A stretch of 64,000 nt of DNA from Zootoca vivipara (GCF_963506605.1 NC_083276.1:109306001-109370000), one strand, 5' to 3'. Counted from the stretch's first letter, positions 37,456 to 52,009 are shown. Notes: a model not told the origin generated them from the sequence alone. Program-made: numbers and translations.

Positions 37456-38041
37456 ATATGATGTAACATAATATAGCATATCTTATGTCATTAGAACATT
37501 GGTTGAACTGAACGGATAGTGGATTTTAATGGCAGTATAAACTCCCAACAGTAGTGCTGTAAAGAAAACTTTTGCAGGAAACTATACAGCAAGTTACATT
37601 GTTAAGTTGGCAATTTTATTTATGGACTAGAGCAGAATTTTCTTTTAAGTGGCTCCTTTGATAGTCACGGTGTCCCATAGCGCTTTGCAATAATAAGCTT
37701 AGATACAATCAGCTCAGGGACTCTGTAGTGAACACAGCAGCTGTTCTGCATTCCATGTGCTGCCTGGTTCTTCAGAGACTATTTTACTGAAGGAAGGAAC
37801 AGGGGCTATTTTAAGTGCATTTTTATTCTCTGTGGTGTTCCGTGAGTTCTGTTAATTCCCACCTGGACAGTCACAAGTCACAGATAAGGGGGGGGGGAGT
37901 TCAAGTGAAAGACAAGTCCTTTAGGAGTGCCAGCTTCTAAAAATTCAAGACTAAAAAAACCTTCCATTTTCCAGTCCAAACTCCAAAAGCAATGGCAATT
38001 TAAAAGAATTTTTATTGTATTTTTCAATAATAACTTTATTA

Positions 38042-38407
38042 AAGGTAAAGGTAAAGGGGCCCCTGACCATCAGGTCCAGTCGTGTCCGACTCTGGGGTTG
38101 CGGCACTCATCTCGCTCTATAGGCCGAGGGAGCCGGCGTTTGTCCGCAGACAGCTTCCGGGTCATGTGGCCAGCATGACAAAGCTGCTTCTGGCGAACCA
38201 GAGCAGAGCACGGAAACGCCATTTACCTTCCCGCCGGAGCGGTCCCTATTTATCTACTTGCACTTTGATGTGCTTTCGAACTGCTAGGTGGGCAGGAGCT
38301 GGGACTGAGCAACAGGAGCTCACCCCGTTGCAGGGATTCGAACCGCCGACCTTCTGATTAGCAAGCCCTAGACTCTGTGGTTTAACCCACAGCGCCACCT
38401 GGGTCCC
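38042..38407 (-). mobile_element. Sauria SINE, full length, young
   Basis: (AAAGGT)n tail to ...CAGCGCCACCTGGGTCCC; 14-bp TSD taataactttatta. Confidence 0.95.
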
Positions 38408-38499
38408 TCTAATAACTTTATTAGTCATATGCAATAAACATACTGATTTTCTTTCCTTTGGCTCTGTGTTCTCATGACTGTATATTTGTGTAGAAAGTA

Positions 38500-38681
38500 C
38501 CGTATATTCCGGCGTATAAGACGACTGGGCGTATAAGACAACCCCCAACTTTTCCAGTTAAAATATAGAGTTTGGGATATACTCGCCGTATAAGAAATAC
38601 GGCCGGGTGTATAAGCCGACCCCCGACTTTTGAGAAGATTTTCCTGGGTTAAAAAGTAGTCTTATACGCAGGAATATACAG
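38500..38681. mobile_element. Tc1/mariner (Tc2/pogo-like) MITE
   Basis: TIR CCGTATATTCCGGCGTATAAGAC / GTCTTATACGCAGGAATATACAG; TA TSD. A related single end lies at about 55485-55560. Confidence 0.88.
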
Positions 38682-38932
38682 TATAAGGAAGGGTAGAAAG
38701 GTAAAACATATGCAGACAAATAAATAAGCAATATGAGAAATTATTCAAGTGAACAACAGTGTGGAGAATTATCTCGTTTGAATTTTTTGCCACATTCTAT
38801 GGCAGTGACAGCTCCTTAACTGTAGTTAAGGAGGAGATACGGGATTGCATGCAACACTAAGCTATGGTTAACATTAACTAAAGTTTATAAACCAGCTACA
38901 AACCCTGTTTAACCAGTGATGCTTAACCCTAG

Positions 38933-39358
38933 TGTCAGGGGACCTCCACACAGGGAGCCTCCCCCCCATCATCCTGACCAACACTTCGCCCAGCGAAAGC
39001 GGCAGCAGCGGGTTGGGGAGGAAATGAGGATGGGAGCAGAGTGGAGGAGGCATGGCTCAGTGATGTATCGGAGCCCTTGCACCACTCCAGCCAACAAGTA
39101 GGGGAGGGAGCACAGCCGCTTCCGGCGCCCAAATTGAGGCATGTGCCCAAACGCAAGGTTAGAGGGAGGTGTTTCAGGGTGCCCTAGCTATTATGCTGGC
39201 CCTGGAGCAGAAGGGCGCCATTGCCGGATTCTGCAAGTGACTAGGAGGTCATGTTTTACGATATCTTTGCACTGTAAATACTATGCACAATAAAACCGTT
39301 CAAGACAGAACGGACTTGGGCGTGTTTACTCGGGAGTAGCCGCAACAATTCCCTGACA
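38933..39358 (+). mobile_element. Solo LTR
   Basis: TGTCAGGG..CCCTGACA inverted termini; AATAAA at 39289; 5-bp TSD cctag/cgtag. Confidence 0.85.
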
Positions 39359-40449
39359 CGTAGTTAATAAACCCTTGTTAAACCGCTGGACTAAGTTCAC
39401 ACATAAAACAAAGCCATGCTTTAATAAACCACAGTTTAACAAATCAGGGTTTAGTATTATATAGTGTTGTATGTTTCACTACGGTATATAATACTGTTAA
39501 TTCACAATTAGCTTAAACTGCTATTTCTTTTCATGGCCAGCATTACCAGTTTTCTTCAGATTCAGGAGTTAACGATTATATTTCACCAAAGCAAGATGAA
39601 AATTCTCTTAGTGACAGGACTGTAGCACGGTATACTGAAGAAGGCAAAGGAGTTGCTAAGGAGATTGGCCTTTGGAATAACACTGGCATGCTCCTTTGAC
39701 AGACTTTTTATAAAAAAATAAATGTTAACAGCTTAAGAAAATAAACTGAAAGGAGGCAAGTAGAAATGGGCTCTTTTCTATTAGGAAAAAGAGAAAAAGA
39801 AAAATGAGTAGAAGACAATATATTATGCAGGCCCAGTCAAGAAAACATTTGGCCAGGATTTTCAGTGCCTCCTAACTCGCATCTTCTGATAAAATCATGC
39901 ACTTACGTGTGGCTTAATAGTGTTGTTTGCTATGCTGACAGCCCTCTCACCCCCACCCCCAATCTCTCTCAAGTATATTATTAAAAAATCTAGTTTATAA
40001 GAGTTCCCAAAATCAAACACACATGGACACACAAACACACAAACTACATTTACAAGCGAGCTTCTTAACAGGAAAATATTTGCATAGCCTTTAAAACCTT
40101 TGGAGGCCGTTGCAATCTCATCTCATTTAGGCATGTCACATTGATATACAATAATTTGGAATGAAGTGTCAGCCACCAGACAAAGATGTAAGGCAGTATT
40201 GACTTGCTTTCAATTGAAAAAGCTTCTGTCAGTTTGTGCATTGGCTTTCAGCAACATAACGAGACAAGCTAGGGGCAAATCAAAATTCCCTTGACAACAT
40301 ACATGTTTTTTTTCCCCTCCTTCCTTTCTGCAGTCATGCTGAGATATAAGCATTTTAAGAGAGAGGGAAGCTTTCTCTAGAATGGGAGTAGCTTGCTTAT
40401 ATATAGCAAAGTGGGTTACTACCAGAAACACACAGCGGCTGAAATTATT

Positions 40450-40665
40450 AGGCAGTTGTGGCTTGGTGGTTAGAGTGTTGGACTAAGATCCAGGAGGATG
40501 AGGGTTCAAATCCCTACTCTTCCATGTAGCTCAACCCGGTGAATTTGAACCAGTCTCCCTTACAGAGTTAGTGTGAAATCTAAAAAGAATGGCGGAAGAA
40601 GAAGGACCATGTACCTTGAGCTCCTTGGAGGAAAGGTGGGATAGAAATGTAGCAACAAATTTTAA
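40450..40665 (+). mobile_element. Old Squam3/MIR-like tRNA SINE
   Basis: tggttagagtgttggacta..gggttcaaatccc head; ccttgagctccttggaggaaaggtgggatagaaat tail. Confidence 0.7.
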
Positions 40666-41699
40666 AATAAAAATCATTTCCCTAGAATCACTACATTTTA
40701 GTACATCAATACATCTAGTACAAAAGCTGTTCAGAAAGGGTCTGCAAGAAATGTTGTATGCGGATAATGGCTCTTAGTTTCAGGAACATGCAAAGACTGG
40801 CGAAGGAAATACAGTAGGAGCCTTTCTAAGAAGCAGAGTTGGGGTGGCATTCAACAAAATTTTACCCATAGCTTGTTGCTATCTTTGTTTTGGTAATGGA
40901 TCCATATGAAATTATGTAGATTTGCTTTCACTCCCAGCTGCACATATATTTAGTGTCCTATACCTAATTCAAGTGCACACACACAAACACAATATGCATG
41001 CATCTTTTAAAAAACATACTCATGGGGTTTTATCTCTGTATTGCTTGCACAAAGGAAAAGAAAAGGGGTGTTTGTGAAGTATTTGTGTTCCAGCTGGAAT
41101 ACAGTCAAGTTTGCAATATTATCCTCACCCGAAGATATTTTTTCTGAAATATTTAGAGCATGTGCATACTCTGAATATTTACACATGAAACATGTATAAT
41201 GGGTGCCCAGCAGCACCTCATTCCATTTTTTTGGTGTGTGTGGGGGGGGGGGGGAGAGAGCTGCAAATAGAGATTTAAAGTGAAGTCATGAACAAGAGCA
41301 AGTGCTGAGCCCTTTTTCTTAACATTTCCAAATCATTTGACTAACAGGCACCCCCATCTCTGTTCCAAAAGCTGTACTTGAAACCTTGTAAGAATATTTA
41401 TTTATTCTAAATATTGTTACGTAGATTTCAGTATCTTTCAGTTATGTATATTCCCAGGGCAGTTTGCAAAAGCTGCTGCAGGGGTAGATTTGGGATGGGA
41501 AAGTGGTGGGTGGCGAAGGGTTAAATAAAATGGTGGGCATGGAAAGGTTAAATGATCAGTTCTGCTGTTTCTCCATTCCCAATTACCACCCACCAAACTG
41601 ACTTTTTATCCCCCACCCGAAATGGCTTCTTGGTTCACCAAGTTCAATCACTGCTAGGAGCTGGTGAATCTATCAATTTTGGCTTCTCTCAGTTTCTTC

Positions 41700-42062
41700 T
41701 TTTTGCAGTCTTCAGTTCTTCACATTCCCACATCAATTTGCATTTTTTTCATGGAATTCCATCAGCATTGTAGTATGAATTTTTCTCAATGTGTTTTATG
41801 CAATTTTGCCTACAAAACACATTTTTTAAAAAAAATACTGTGCATTTTAATCTTTTATATGCATTTATATGCATTCATATACACACTTGACACTAGCATA
41901 TGCATTTTTGTTCACATCACATGGCTCAAAAAAACTGCTCTGCAAAATTCAGAGAAGCACACATTTCAAAAGTCGGCGGTGTTTCAGTTCTCGTATTGAT
42001 TCACAAGGTGCAAACTAGGGAGCTCCACTTTTATATGTGAACTGCATCACATTCCTCCCCCT
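41700..42062. mobile_element. Decayed non-autonomous DNA transposon
   Basis: tgcaaaattcagaga..tttcagttct..gtgaactg block recurs at about 49040-49410 and in reverse at about 62573-62670. Confidence 0.55.
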
Positions 42063-42321
42063 TCCGGCTTGTGAGTCAGAGATCACCCGCAGCCAAATTT
42101 CACCTTGCCCTCTGGGTCCCTTCCTGTTCATCAGAGAGTAGCTGAAAAGGATAGGGGCTTTGATGATACGGAAAGCGTACAATTGTAGCTCCTTCCTCAG
42201 CAGGAAAATGTACTGCAAGAAGATCAAAGCAGAGTGCCAAGTGTCTCTGCACAGAAGTAGACTTGGGTTCCTTACAAATATGCCAACAGAATACAGTGTT
42301 GGGGATGCAATTGAATGTTGA

Positions 42322-42521
42322 NNNNNNNNNNNNNNNNNNNNNNNNNNNNNNNNNNNNNNNNNNNNNNNNNNNNNNNNNNNNNNNNNNNNNNNNNNNNNNN
42401 NNNNNNNNNNNNNNNNNNNNNNNNNNNNNNNNNNNNNNNNNNNNNNNNNNNNNNNNNNNNNNNNNNNNNNNNNNNNNNNNNNNNNNNNNNNNNNNNNNNN
42501 NNNNNNNNNNNNNNNNNNNNN
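42322..42521. other. Assembly gap (200 N), possibly a scaffold join
   Basis: Run of exactly 200 N. Confidence 0.99.
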
Positions 42522-44248
42522 ACTAGGTAGTTCAGACCATGCGAAATTCGTTTGCAGTTTGGCTCTTCATATCTTCAAAATCACTTCTAATGAGAACATC
42601 TCATTTCCCTTAGTCTCAAATGGAATCTATAGTTGTAGAACATTAGCAGGATGCTGACTCCAGTCCTCTTTTTTCAAAAGAAACCTCCTGTTGTGAATCC
42701 ATGTAAGCCAGAAGCATTACCACTTGTTCGCAAACATTTTCAGGAGCATCAAAAGGCTATGGTTTTTCACTCATTCCTTCAAACGCACTGAAGCATAGTC
42801 CTTACTCTGAAATGACTTTCTTTGCCTTCCATGACATTGGCACAGAGGCAATTCTGATTGGCCGTGTTGTGTTGTGATGTCATCCCTTTCATTGTGTGTT
42901 CAACCTGAAGCAGTTCCCTTACATTCAGTTGGCTTCATTTGCCCTCTGTGGCATCATTACAAAGCAGCGTACGATTGGCTACCTAGTGTCTTGATGGCAT
43001 CCTGCTCGGTTTGTGATCCAAAGATGGTGTCGAAGCATCAACAGACAGGAGAAACTATAGCCGTGAAGAAGATTCTTTAGAGGGGGTGAATATGCCTACA
43101 GAAAGCTTTTTGGGAGAAACTCTTCATAGGTACTACTTCTGACCCAAAAACTGAAATGGGAGAGGGTTTGTTTCAGTCTCAGTCCCCTTTGAGAAGCAGT
43201 CACTGTATTCCCCCCTGAATATTTAAAATAATTGAAAGTTAGGTCATGAGAAGGCAGCAGTACACGGGGCTCATGATGCTCCGGGAGCCTTATTTTGCTT
43301 GACAAGTAGGCTCAATCTATCAGCCCCTGCTGCTCTGCCGTCCCCTTTCATCAAATGAATGGGGGGATGTGCTACAGCGGTCTCCAGTGGGACTGTGGGC
43401 CCACATATAACAAAAGATACCTCCAGGGAGTAGTTCGTTAACTGAACTTGCTAGCTATGCTTCATGGAAGACATTTTCAGAAGCAATTTTGCTGATATGA
43501 CATAATCAGTGAAATTTACTGCTTTTCTTTATTCATTCTTTATTGCCAAGGGTGTTTTTCAGAAAGTGGAAACTCTAAAGGAGTTCATTAGTTCCTGATC
43601 TTTATTTTCCAGCTTGAATACTAAGTTTGGTCTCCGTATCGTCCTTTTAATGAATGTTTATAGGGGAAATATTGAATAATAAGTAGGCAAGAGTAACCCT
43701 TTACCAAGGAGTACGAGCTCAGAAAGTTAATTGTGCTTATAAAGAGTGAGGGAAAGTGGAAACAGTGCCAGTCAAGAGTTCCTGGTAGATGGAATGCTTT
43801 TTTAGATATTCAAGGGGCAGTGACTGAACAGAAGAATTAATTTTGCACCATCTTATGAATGTACATATCGCAAGCAGGGTTCCTTTAGACCAGGGTTTCT
43901 CAAACTTGCATCTCTGGCTGTTGACATTACGATTGGCAAGTCCAAGAGGCTCAGTGGTTTAGACCGCAGTGCCACCCGCTTCTCCCTATTGGGATGCATA
44001 GGGTGGAAAGCTGGAGGCCCAGTAGGTGGAGCCACAGCCAATGACAGATGGAGCCAACTAATTCCTGCTCCCCACTGAGTTCTACAAGGGCAGCACTGAG
44101 GCTAAGGAGGTGGAAGATGATGGCATTATCACTCCCTGGACTTGTTATAAGTAAGAAGGCGTAATGTGGGAGCTGCCTGAGGGCAGATGAAGGTTGGTGG
44201 AGTAGTGCTCTATTTGGGGGTCAGTGTTGCAGGCTCTCTCTACAATTA

Positions 44249-44490
44249 CAGTGGTACCTCTGGTTAAGAACTTAATTCGTTCCGGAGGTCCGTTCTTAAC
44301 CTGAAACTCTTCTTAACCTGAAGCACCACTTTAGCTAATGGGGCCTCCTGCTGCCGCCGCGCCACCAGAGCACGATTTCTGTTCTCATCCTGAAGCAAAG
44401 TTCTTAACCTGAGGTACTATTTCTGGGTTAGCGGAGTTTGTAACCTGAAGCGTTTGTAACCTGAAGCGTTTGTAACCCGAGGTACCACTG
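44249..44490. mobile_element. Tigger-like MITE
   Basis: TIR CAGTGGTACCTC..GAGGTACCACTG; inverse-orientation relative of 12639-12884. Confidence 0.9.
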
Positions 44491-46509
44491 TGCTTGGGAT
44501 GATGTCTCTTTGAAACAAGTGGGACTGAGGAAACCTGTAGAGAGTCATACTGCAAGAGTCCTAAGAAAACCTTGTTGCTATAGTGCTAATATTCAGTGAA
44601 GCAAGCTTGATGTCACGAGACTTTCTGTTTACTCTTTGATTCATAGTTTCATTTGATCTATTTATAGGACTTTATTGATGTCAAGAGACATCCATTAGGT
44701 TTTCCTGGCAACCCTGCATCACAACTTATAGATTTACAATTGGATGGAACGACTTTAAAAGCTAAGGTTGTTTGGGTTGTTTGAGTGCATTATCTTCAGT
44801 AAGACTTGCATCTGAAAATGGGAAGCCATGGGATGGAGTCCCGTTTTGATCTGCCTCTTCTGCATGCCTTATACAAAAGGATATGAAATTATGATATGAA
44901 ATTAAGGTCCCTATGTGACATTCACAGCCAACAATAAGACCCAGAGATTTAACAGTATACTTGTGATAGGCTTCAATGAACAAGCACATGAAAACAGAAT
45001 AATCAATAATAAAATACAGAACAGCTAAATGATAATAAACTAGGAAACATTTGACTATATTCCTCAAAGACAATTGTTTTCTTTCTTTCCCAGGGATTTA
45101 GGACTAACTTGGACATATTTGAAAAAAGACTTATGTGTTGAAATTGATCTATAGCCAGTTGTTTCATCATCTGCTGTTGTTTACTGCCTTGTTCTCATTT
45201 GTTTGTAGGATGAAACATATTGCAAGTAGTCATACATTTGTGGGTCTTGTTGTTGGTTGGCCATATGCTATACCAAGACAATTTTCATCTTGTCTTCCTT
45301 CCACACTCTGGTGGCTATAGCATTTTGGGGTGTGTGCACATCCTGCTATATATCATCACCTAGATGTGAAAACCAGATGTGTGACGAGGGAAGTACCAAT
45401 AAGTCTAAGCATGCCATGCCACAACCTTCATTACACTATGGTGCTGCACAGGGAGACATATTATGCTAGCGATTGCTCAAGGAACAGTGCTTGTACACAT
45501 TCTCCTTCTGCTCGTAGTTCTCTGGATCCAAGCCACTGTCAGTCATTCTGACATGACCAATGTTGCTCAATGTAGCTGTGAACAAGTTGGCTTCAGAATG
45601 ATGGTCCCCCATCACAAAATGATGCTGCCACCACCAATGATTATTTTAGACTACAACTCCCATCAGCCTAAGGCAGTGTGGCTGTAGTCCCAAATATCTG
45701 AAAGCTGGGGGAAGTTTCTTTAGATCCTACACTACTACACATATTGCTATGAAACTTGAAGAGGCAAATATCACCCCATTGGTGCTTTTTCATGCATTCA
45801 CATTAATTCCTCAGTTGCCAGGAAGGTGAAAATCATGGCATGGACAGACAACATTCAACTGTCTTTCGGCCTTGGAAGGTGAGGAGCCTTAGGAGTGTTT
45901 ATGCAGTTTTTTGTTTTTAAAAAGTAGACCGTATTGATGTAAGAGCACATATTGAATGTACATCAGTGAATGAATGAAGAGAGTCGGGAGTTTGTTTTCG
46001 CAAGGTAGATTAACGCAATACATTGCTGTGAAAGCAGATGCCTTGTGACAGCATCACATAAATGCTATCTACCAGGCTATTCAGGTGTGGGAACAATCAC
46101 TGGCGAAGAAACAAATAGTTATATCTCCATCAGCTTGGGGCTAGAATTAAAGTTTTATGGGGCAGAAACCAACCTGGATTTTTATTCTGTAGCTTATGGC
46201 TCCTTGCCCTGAACAGGTTCACTGCGGATGTAAAGACAGGTTGATCCGAAAAGTGTTCTTTCTGAATTAATTACAATGCATACGTGTTTCATCATCATTG
46301 CATTTATACCCCCACCTTTCCTCAAACAAATTCAAAGTGGCATCCATGGTCTCCCCCCCCCCCAAAAAAACACCTTTATCCTCACCACAATCCTGTGATG
46401 TAGGTCAGGCTGCCCTCCTTTCTTTTACTCCACCATTTCTTTGCTTCAGTCACATCTCCTTCTGTGTATAATAGAATATAATTTTATGGATTGATTTCCA
46501 TAAATCAAT

Positions 46510-46739
46510 CCCTCGCTGCGAGAAGCCAAGTTACAGGGAACCAGGCAGAGGGCCTTCTCGGTAGTGGCACCCTCCCACCAGATGTCAAAAAGAAAAACAA
46601 CTACCAGACCTTTAGAGGACATCTGAAGGCAGCCCTGTTTAGGGAAGCTTTTAATCTTTAAGAAATTAGTGTATTTTAATATTTCTGTTGGAAGCCTCCC
46701 AGAGTGGCTGGGGAAACCCAGCCAGATGAGTGGGGTATA

Positions 46740-46787
<48 letters not shown>

Positions 46788-46788
46788 T
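46510..46788 (+). mobile_element. L2 LINE 3' end with (TAA)n
   Basis: gaagccaagttacagggaaccaggcagagggccttctcgg... plus the shared tail. Confidence 0.88.
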
Positions 46789-47662
46789 TGACAGACTTTG
46801 TAAAATGCCCAGTTGTACCACATCTCTTAGCTGTTTCCAATAGAATGCTCCTCACATGCTTGTCTCTACTTGGACCAACTCATTCCATCATATTATAAGA
46901 GGTTATGTGGGTGACAAGCCACTCACTAAGGAGTTTTTTTAAAAAAAGAAAGCAGATGCTGTGAAAAAAGACAGCCACTACGTCTTCTGAACAAATAGCC
47001 TTGGTGTACAATTCCTTCCCTTTTCAGTTTTGCTGGACCATTCCCTCTCAACAGTCTCCCATTAGCTGATGGAGCCACTTAACTTTATTAGGCCAGAGGA
47101 AGGCTCTGAAGTGGCATTTTATGTGTGCGGTCCTGCCTCCTAGATGAACGCCGCTATGCTGGCACAGAAAGCAGGATTCAAAGTAATACAAAGCGCTCTG
47201 TGGTATTTCGTGTGCAAGTTGTTTATGAAGGGAGGGGGAAATGCTGAAAATGCCATTTCTTTATGTGAACAGTAAAATGGGGGGGGGGATCTATGCAATT
47301 GAAGTTCTTTCCCTGGCGTTAAAGATTTGATATGCTGAGTAACAGGTGCCGATAAAGACAAATTTAAACCTTGATGGAGGCCATTCAGCAGTTTAAAGCA
47401 CACATTGACCTGTCAACGGTTTTATAAGGGCCTGTGGCTATTTTTTGCAGCAGTTTGGTCCAAGGATTTTTTTTTTAAAAAAATGGGGGTCACTGTCCTT
47501 CTCTCCCTGCTTTGAGGTGCAGGAAATTCAGCAAGCATGGAGCTGCAATGCATGACAAACCTGCACGACTACAGCTCCCATCATTCTTGACTATGACCAC
47601 TCTGCAAAACAGTTGTGCTCCTTCTGTGGGAGTACAATTAACCCAATAATCAACCTTTCAAC

Positions 47663-47797
47663 CAGGCATCCCCAAACTTTGGCCCTCCAGATGTTTGGAC
47701 TACAATTCCCATCATCCCTGACCACTGGTCCTCTTAGGTAGGGATCATGGGAGTTGTAGGCCAAAACATCTGGAGGGCTGCAGTTTGGGGATGCCTG
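47663..47797. mobile_element. Palindromic hAT MITE
   Basis: Same family as 12112-12247; perfect TSD CTTTCAAC. Confidence 0.93.
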
Positions 47798-47888
47798 CTT
47801 TCAACCTTCCTCCTAGTTTCCAAGTCAGTGACTTGAGTCTCTTTTGCTGGAGGTCCTCTGGTGGCCTTAAAATAACAGCTGCACATGT

Positions 47889-47889
<1 letters not shown>

Positions 47890-47941
<52 letters not shown>

Positions 47942-48133
47942 TTTATTATTTATACCCCGCCCATCTGGCTGGGTTTCTCCAGCCACTTTCGGCGGCTTCC
48001 AACAAAAGATTAAAGATACAATAAAACATCAGACATTAAAAACTTCCCTAAACAGGGCTGCCTTCAGATGTCTTCTAAAAGTCAGATAGCTGTTTATTTC
48101 CTTGACATCTGATGGGAGGGCGTTCCACAGGGT
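47890..48133 (-). mobile_element. L2 LINE 3' end
   Basis: (TAA)n then ataccccgcccatctggctgggtttc...; 5' truncated. Confidence 0.88.
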
Positions 48134-48712
48134 GGACCATTTGTCCTTTTAGGCAGGAGGAGGAGGGGGATGAAACTATTGCATGTACTATTCCTCCCCA
48201 GGCCCCCACAACTTTCTCCACTCGTTGTAGAAAGCAGCGTCCCACATAGATCCCATTTGGGAAGAAGGAGGCAAAGGGTGAGTTGCTGAGGAAGAGTACA
48301 GGAGGCACAAGAGCTGAATGCCTGAGAACACTATGAAAGGGACAGGCAGGATGCCTGGCTTACAACTCCTTTGAAGTGCAGAATTATGAGATCCTGCCCG
48401 CCTCCCTTCAACATATCTTGGGCTTTGAAAGTGTACAGTATCAAACTGGCTAGGTGCCTAGTGGCAGGGCCCAATACACATTGTTGCAGATACTGGCAAG
48501 GCCTCCCTCCATGCAGATCTTAATGTCAGGTGGCAACTCTGCAAAGGAGTCTCAGTGGGCTTACCACAGCTGACTTAGGGGGCCCACATGGAGGTGCTTT
48601 GAATTGTTCCTTCAACGAAGTCATGCTAAAATACCTCCCTCCCCCTGAACACTAAAAGCATGAATCCCCACGTGTTCCCTTGCCCTCCCTTCCCTTCAGC
48701 TAGACTTTAGAC

Positions 48713-48998
48713 CAGGCATCCCCAAGCTACAACCTGGGGTCCAGATACGGCCTGAAGGACTCATTTATCTAGCCCGCCGTGCCCCCCCCTGCCGCCCGCC
48801 ACCCGCACGGCTGCCCACTTCCAGGTTGCAGGAGCACTGGAAATAGCTTGCGCACATGCACAAGTGTCATTTCCAGGGCACTTCCAGGTCGGAGGAGGCC
48901 TGTGCGCATGCACACAAGCTATTTCTGGTGCTCCTGCAACCCGGAAGTGCACCAGAAATAGTGCACCCTCCGGCGCATGGTAAGTTTGGTGACCCCTG
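48713..48998. mobile_element. hAT MITE
   Basis: TIR CAGGCATCCCCAAGCT / AGTTTGGTGACCCCTG; perfect TSD CTTTAGAC; internal inverted cttccaggttgcaggagcac. Confidence 0.9.
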
Positions 48999-50469
48999 CT
49001 TTAGACTGTAGTGGGGATAGGGGTGGGCGAAGATAATTTACATTTTTCTCAGGTCTATAATTTTCATATCTTCAGTTCAGTCCTTCACGCTGATACATCA
49101 GTTTGACCTTTCTTAAAAATAAGTCCTCATGAATATTCACCAGCATTTTGGTGCAATTTTCTAACATGCACATTGTTTGCTTCGTGTACATATATTTGCA
49201 AAGCATTTCCCCTATGATTTTTGTTTGTTTTACTTTTACCAAGGCAAATGTGTTTATGCAGAATGGACCCTACTATATGCATCATTGCGCCCATGATTCG
49301 GCTGGGGAATTGCACTGCAAAATTCAGAGAATTTGTGAATTTCAGAGGAAGGTTGTATTTCAGTTCTTGTGCAAGTTAGGTAGATTGTTTCTGAGTGTGA
49401 ACTGAATTAATTTGTCACCATCCCTGTGTGAAAATGAAAGAGAACAGCCCAAGGAACAAGGTGCAGGGAGATGGTGGTTCATGTTTGAATTTTCAGTACA
49501 TAACCTTGATGTGTGTGTCGGCTTCATGCATGGAGATGTGTCATGGCTGAATCCTGCACTCCCTAAGAGCTTTGTGCTACTTTTGTGGCAAAAGCTACTG
49601 AAGTACACATTAAGTGCCCAACAAAATGCCACTTAACCCCTGCCTCACCCCCATTTTCAGCTTATAACGCCATGACATATAAAAATAAACACTGTTTATT
49701 AGTAAGTTAATGGTGTTAACATTCTCCCCTTTTAATATTTTCACAACAGCAGGAAGACTTCCATTGGTAATAGCCTCTACAACCTTATAACCTCTGAGCT
49801 GCTGATTCAAACTTGAACAGCAAAGGTGAAAAGAAAAAAGAGAGGGGAGGGGAGAAACACACACAATTGGTATTAACTGAACTGCCTTGTCCCAGGAAAT
49901 TAAGTCATTCATCTTTAAAGCACTTTAATGTCTACTGAAATCATTTAGACTTGTCAACATTCTCTAACTTCAACTCAAGAGCTTGAGCTTTGGTTAGAAC
50001 ACCATGACCATAAACAATTTTTGAAAGTCACCCATTAGCATTTCTCACAAATTTGATACCCAGTATATATATTTAAACAGGTTGACTCTCTGTTTGCTTC
50101 ATTTTGTATCACACTCACATCCGGTGTGACAGGTCACTCATGACTGTCTTTGGATTTCATCATTCCGACATCAGTTGCAGGCGGCATTACAGGAGGGCAG
50201 GAAAAGTAAACAACTCCTAAATTTGCCCCTCTGCTGTGGAATGCTTTCCTGAATCAGGAGCCATCAATTGCATTCATCCAAATTCAGAACCAAACAGTGC
50301 TGATTAAGGCCAATTTCTGTCCTGTCCAGATCAAATTGAAGCAGCTACAAATTGCTAATAAGCAGGTGGATCAGGTGGAACTGAAATGATTTGTAGTGAT
50401 TTGTGCCCATCTGTGGGTCAAAACAGACTTTCAGAAGCCAGCCAGTCTCCAAACTTTCTCATTCCTTAT

Positions 50470-50780
50470 ATACTCAGTCGATCACTGCAGACGAACACCT
50501 CCTGCAGGTGCCATAGTACCACACAAGGCATTTCACACAATACAGGAAGTGGGCCTTTAGTGTTTGTGGCACCTACCCTTTGGAAGCCCCTCTCCTTAAA
50601 TATTAGACAGGTACCATCTTTTGTCTTTGCAGCACCTGCTGAAGACCTTCCTCTCCCAACAAGACTTTGAAGTTGAGATCTTTCCCGGTCTGAATTGCAA
50701 TTGTTTTAAAGATGCTTTGTTATATCACCTGATTGCTGCCCTTTGGAAGGAAAGGGCAGGATGCAAATTTAATAAATAAA
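50470..50780 (+). mobile_element. Old L2 3' fragment
   Basis: RSL..LLQVP..AFSV.APTLWKPL..IR relic plus a stem-loop/AATAAA-type tail. Confidence 0.65.
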
Positions 50781-52009
50781 GAAATACACCGGCTTATAAG
50801 AATTTTGCTTAATGAGAGCTGCAAGGCTAGCCTAGAATGCCACCATTGCCAGCACTCTCCAATCACAGGAATGTCATATCGCCTCTGCCATGCTCAAACC
50901 ATACTGAGCTCTCTTCATCCTTGCCCCCACCCCCTCCTCTTGGTAACTTGCATGAGGAAGCCATCAACCACACCTGCCTGTACCAGCCTGGATTGCACCA
51001 TGGCTATTTCTTTCTCTCTCTCTTTCTCTGATATGAAGTGGAAGGTCATTGCAAATGGATGTCCAGCTGCAGAAGGCCTGTTCTTCAGCGGCAGCGCACA
51101 TAAATTACACAAGGGATCTTGGACAGAAGAACTTGGGAAGCCCTCTGCATTAGATCTTTAAGAGCTGCTGCCAGTAAGGGAAGATTAAGTTGGGCTAGTT
51201 GGACCAGTGGTCCGACTCTGCACAAGCCAGGTTCATATCTTCAGAGGAGGATGGGAAAAGAAAGGATTAGATTGATGTGTCTGGTGTCGTTCAGCTTTGG
51301 ATATGCTCCTATGTAATAAGACCCAGAAATAATGGCTTCCTATCTTGCTGAAAAAAGGAAAGTATGAAAGTGGTTGGCATGTTTGGACATTTCAATAAGA
51401 GTGAAATGATGGCCAATTAAATACAAGCTGACATTCAAACAGAGCAGTGAACTGTTCATTTTAGATTACAGTATTTTGCTGAACGGTGAATTGTCATGGA
51501 AATATAAACAACATGCCATTGATCAGCTCCAAATGTTTTGGACCGCGCACATATTGTGGTTTATTTGTGAAATGAGCTTCGTCACTCTGCAGTCTGAAGG
51601 ATCTTTGTGGTGTCACAAGTGCATTTTGCTGCTGAAGCAAGACCTAATTTTCTTCACATTATTATATGTTACTTTGCTATTAATGTCTTTAATTGTACAG
51701 AGTACTGGGAAGGGAGCAATCAATACCCTTTTATATAAGGCCAAATGAGAAAAGAGTGGTAAGTTCTGACAGTTCATAGTTAAAAATATTGATGGCAAGT
51801 AAGTTGGGTGCGTGATAGGGAACAAAAGCTGTAAAAGTTTTAATTAGTGGGAACGTAATTACAGATAAAGAGTTTAATAATAAAGGCTACACTATTAGAA
51901 AGGGTTTTTGTTCAACCACTTTTGCAGATTTAAAAAAACAGTCCTTCCCATCCACAAATAACTTCTAATGCATGGCTAACATGTTTTTTTTATTATTATT
52001 ACAAATATA

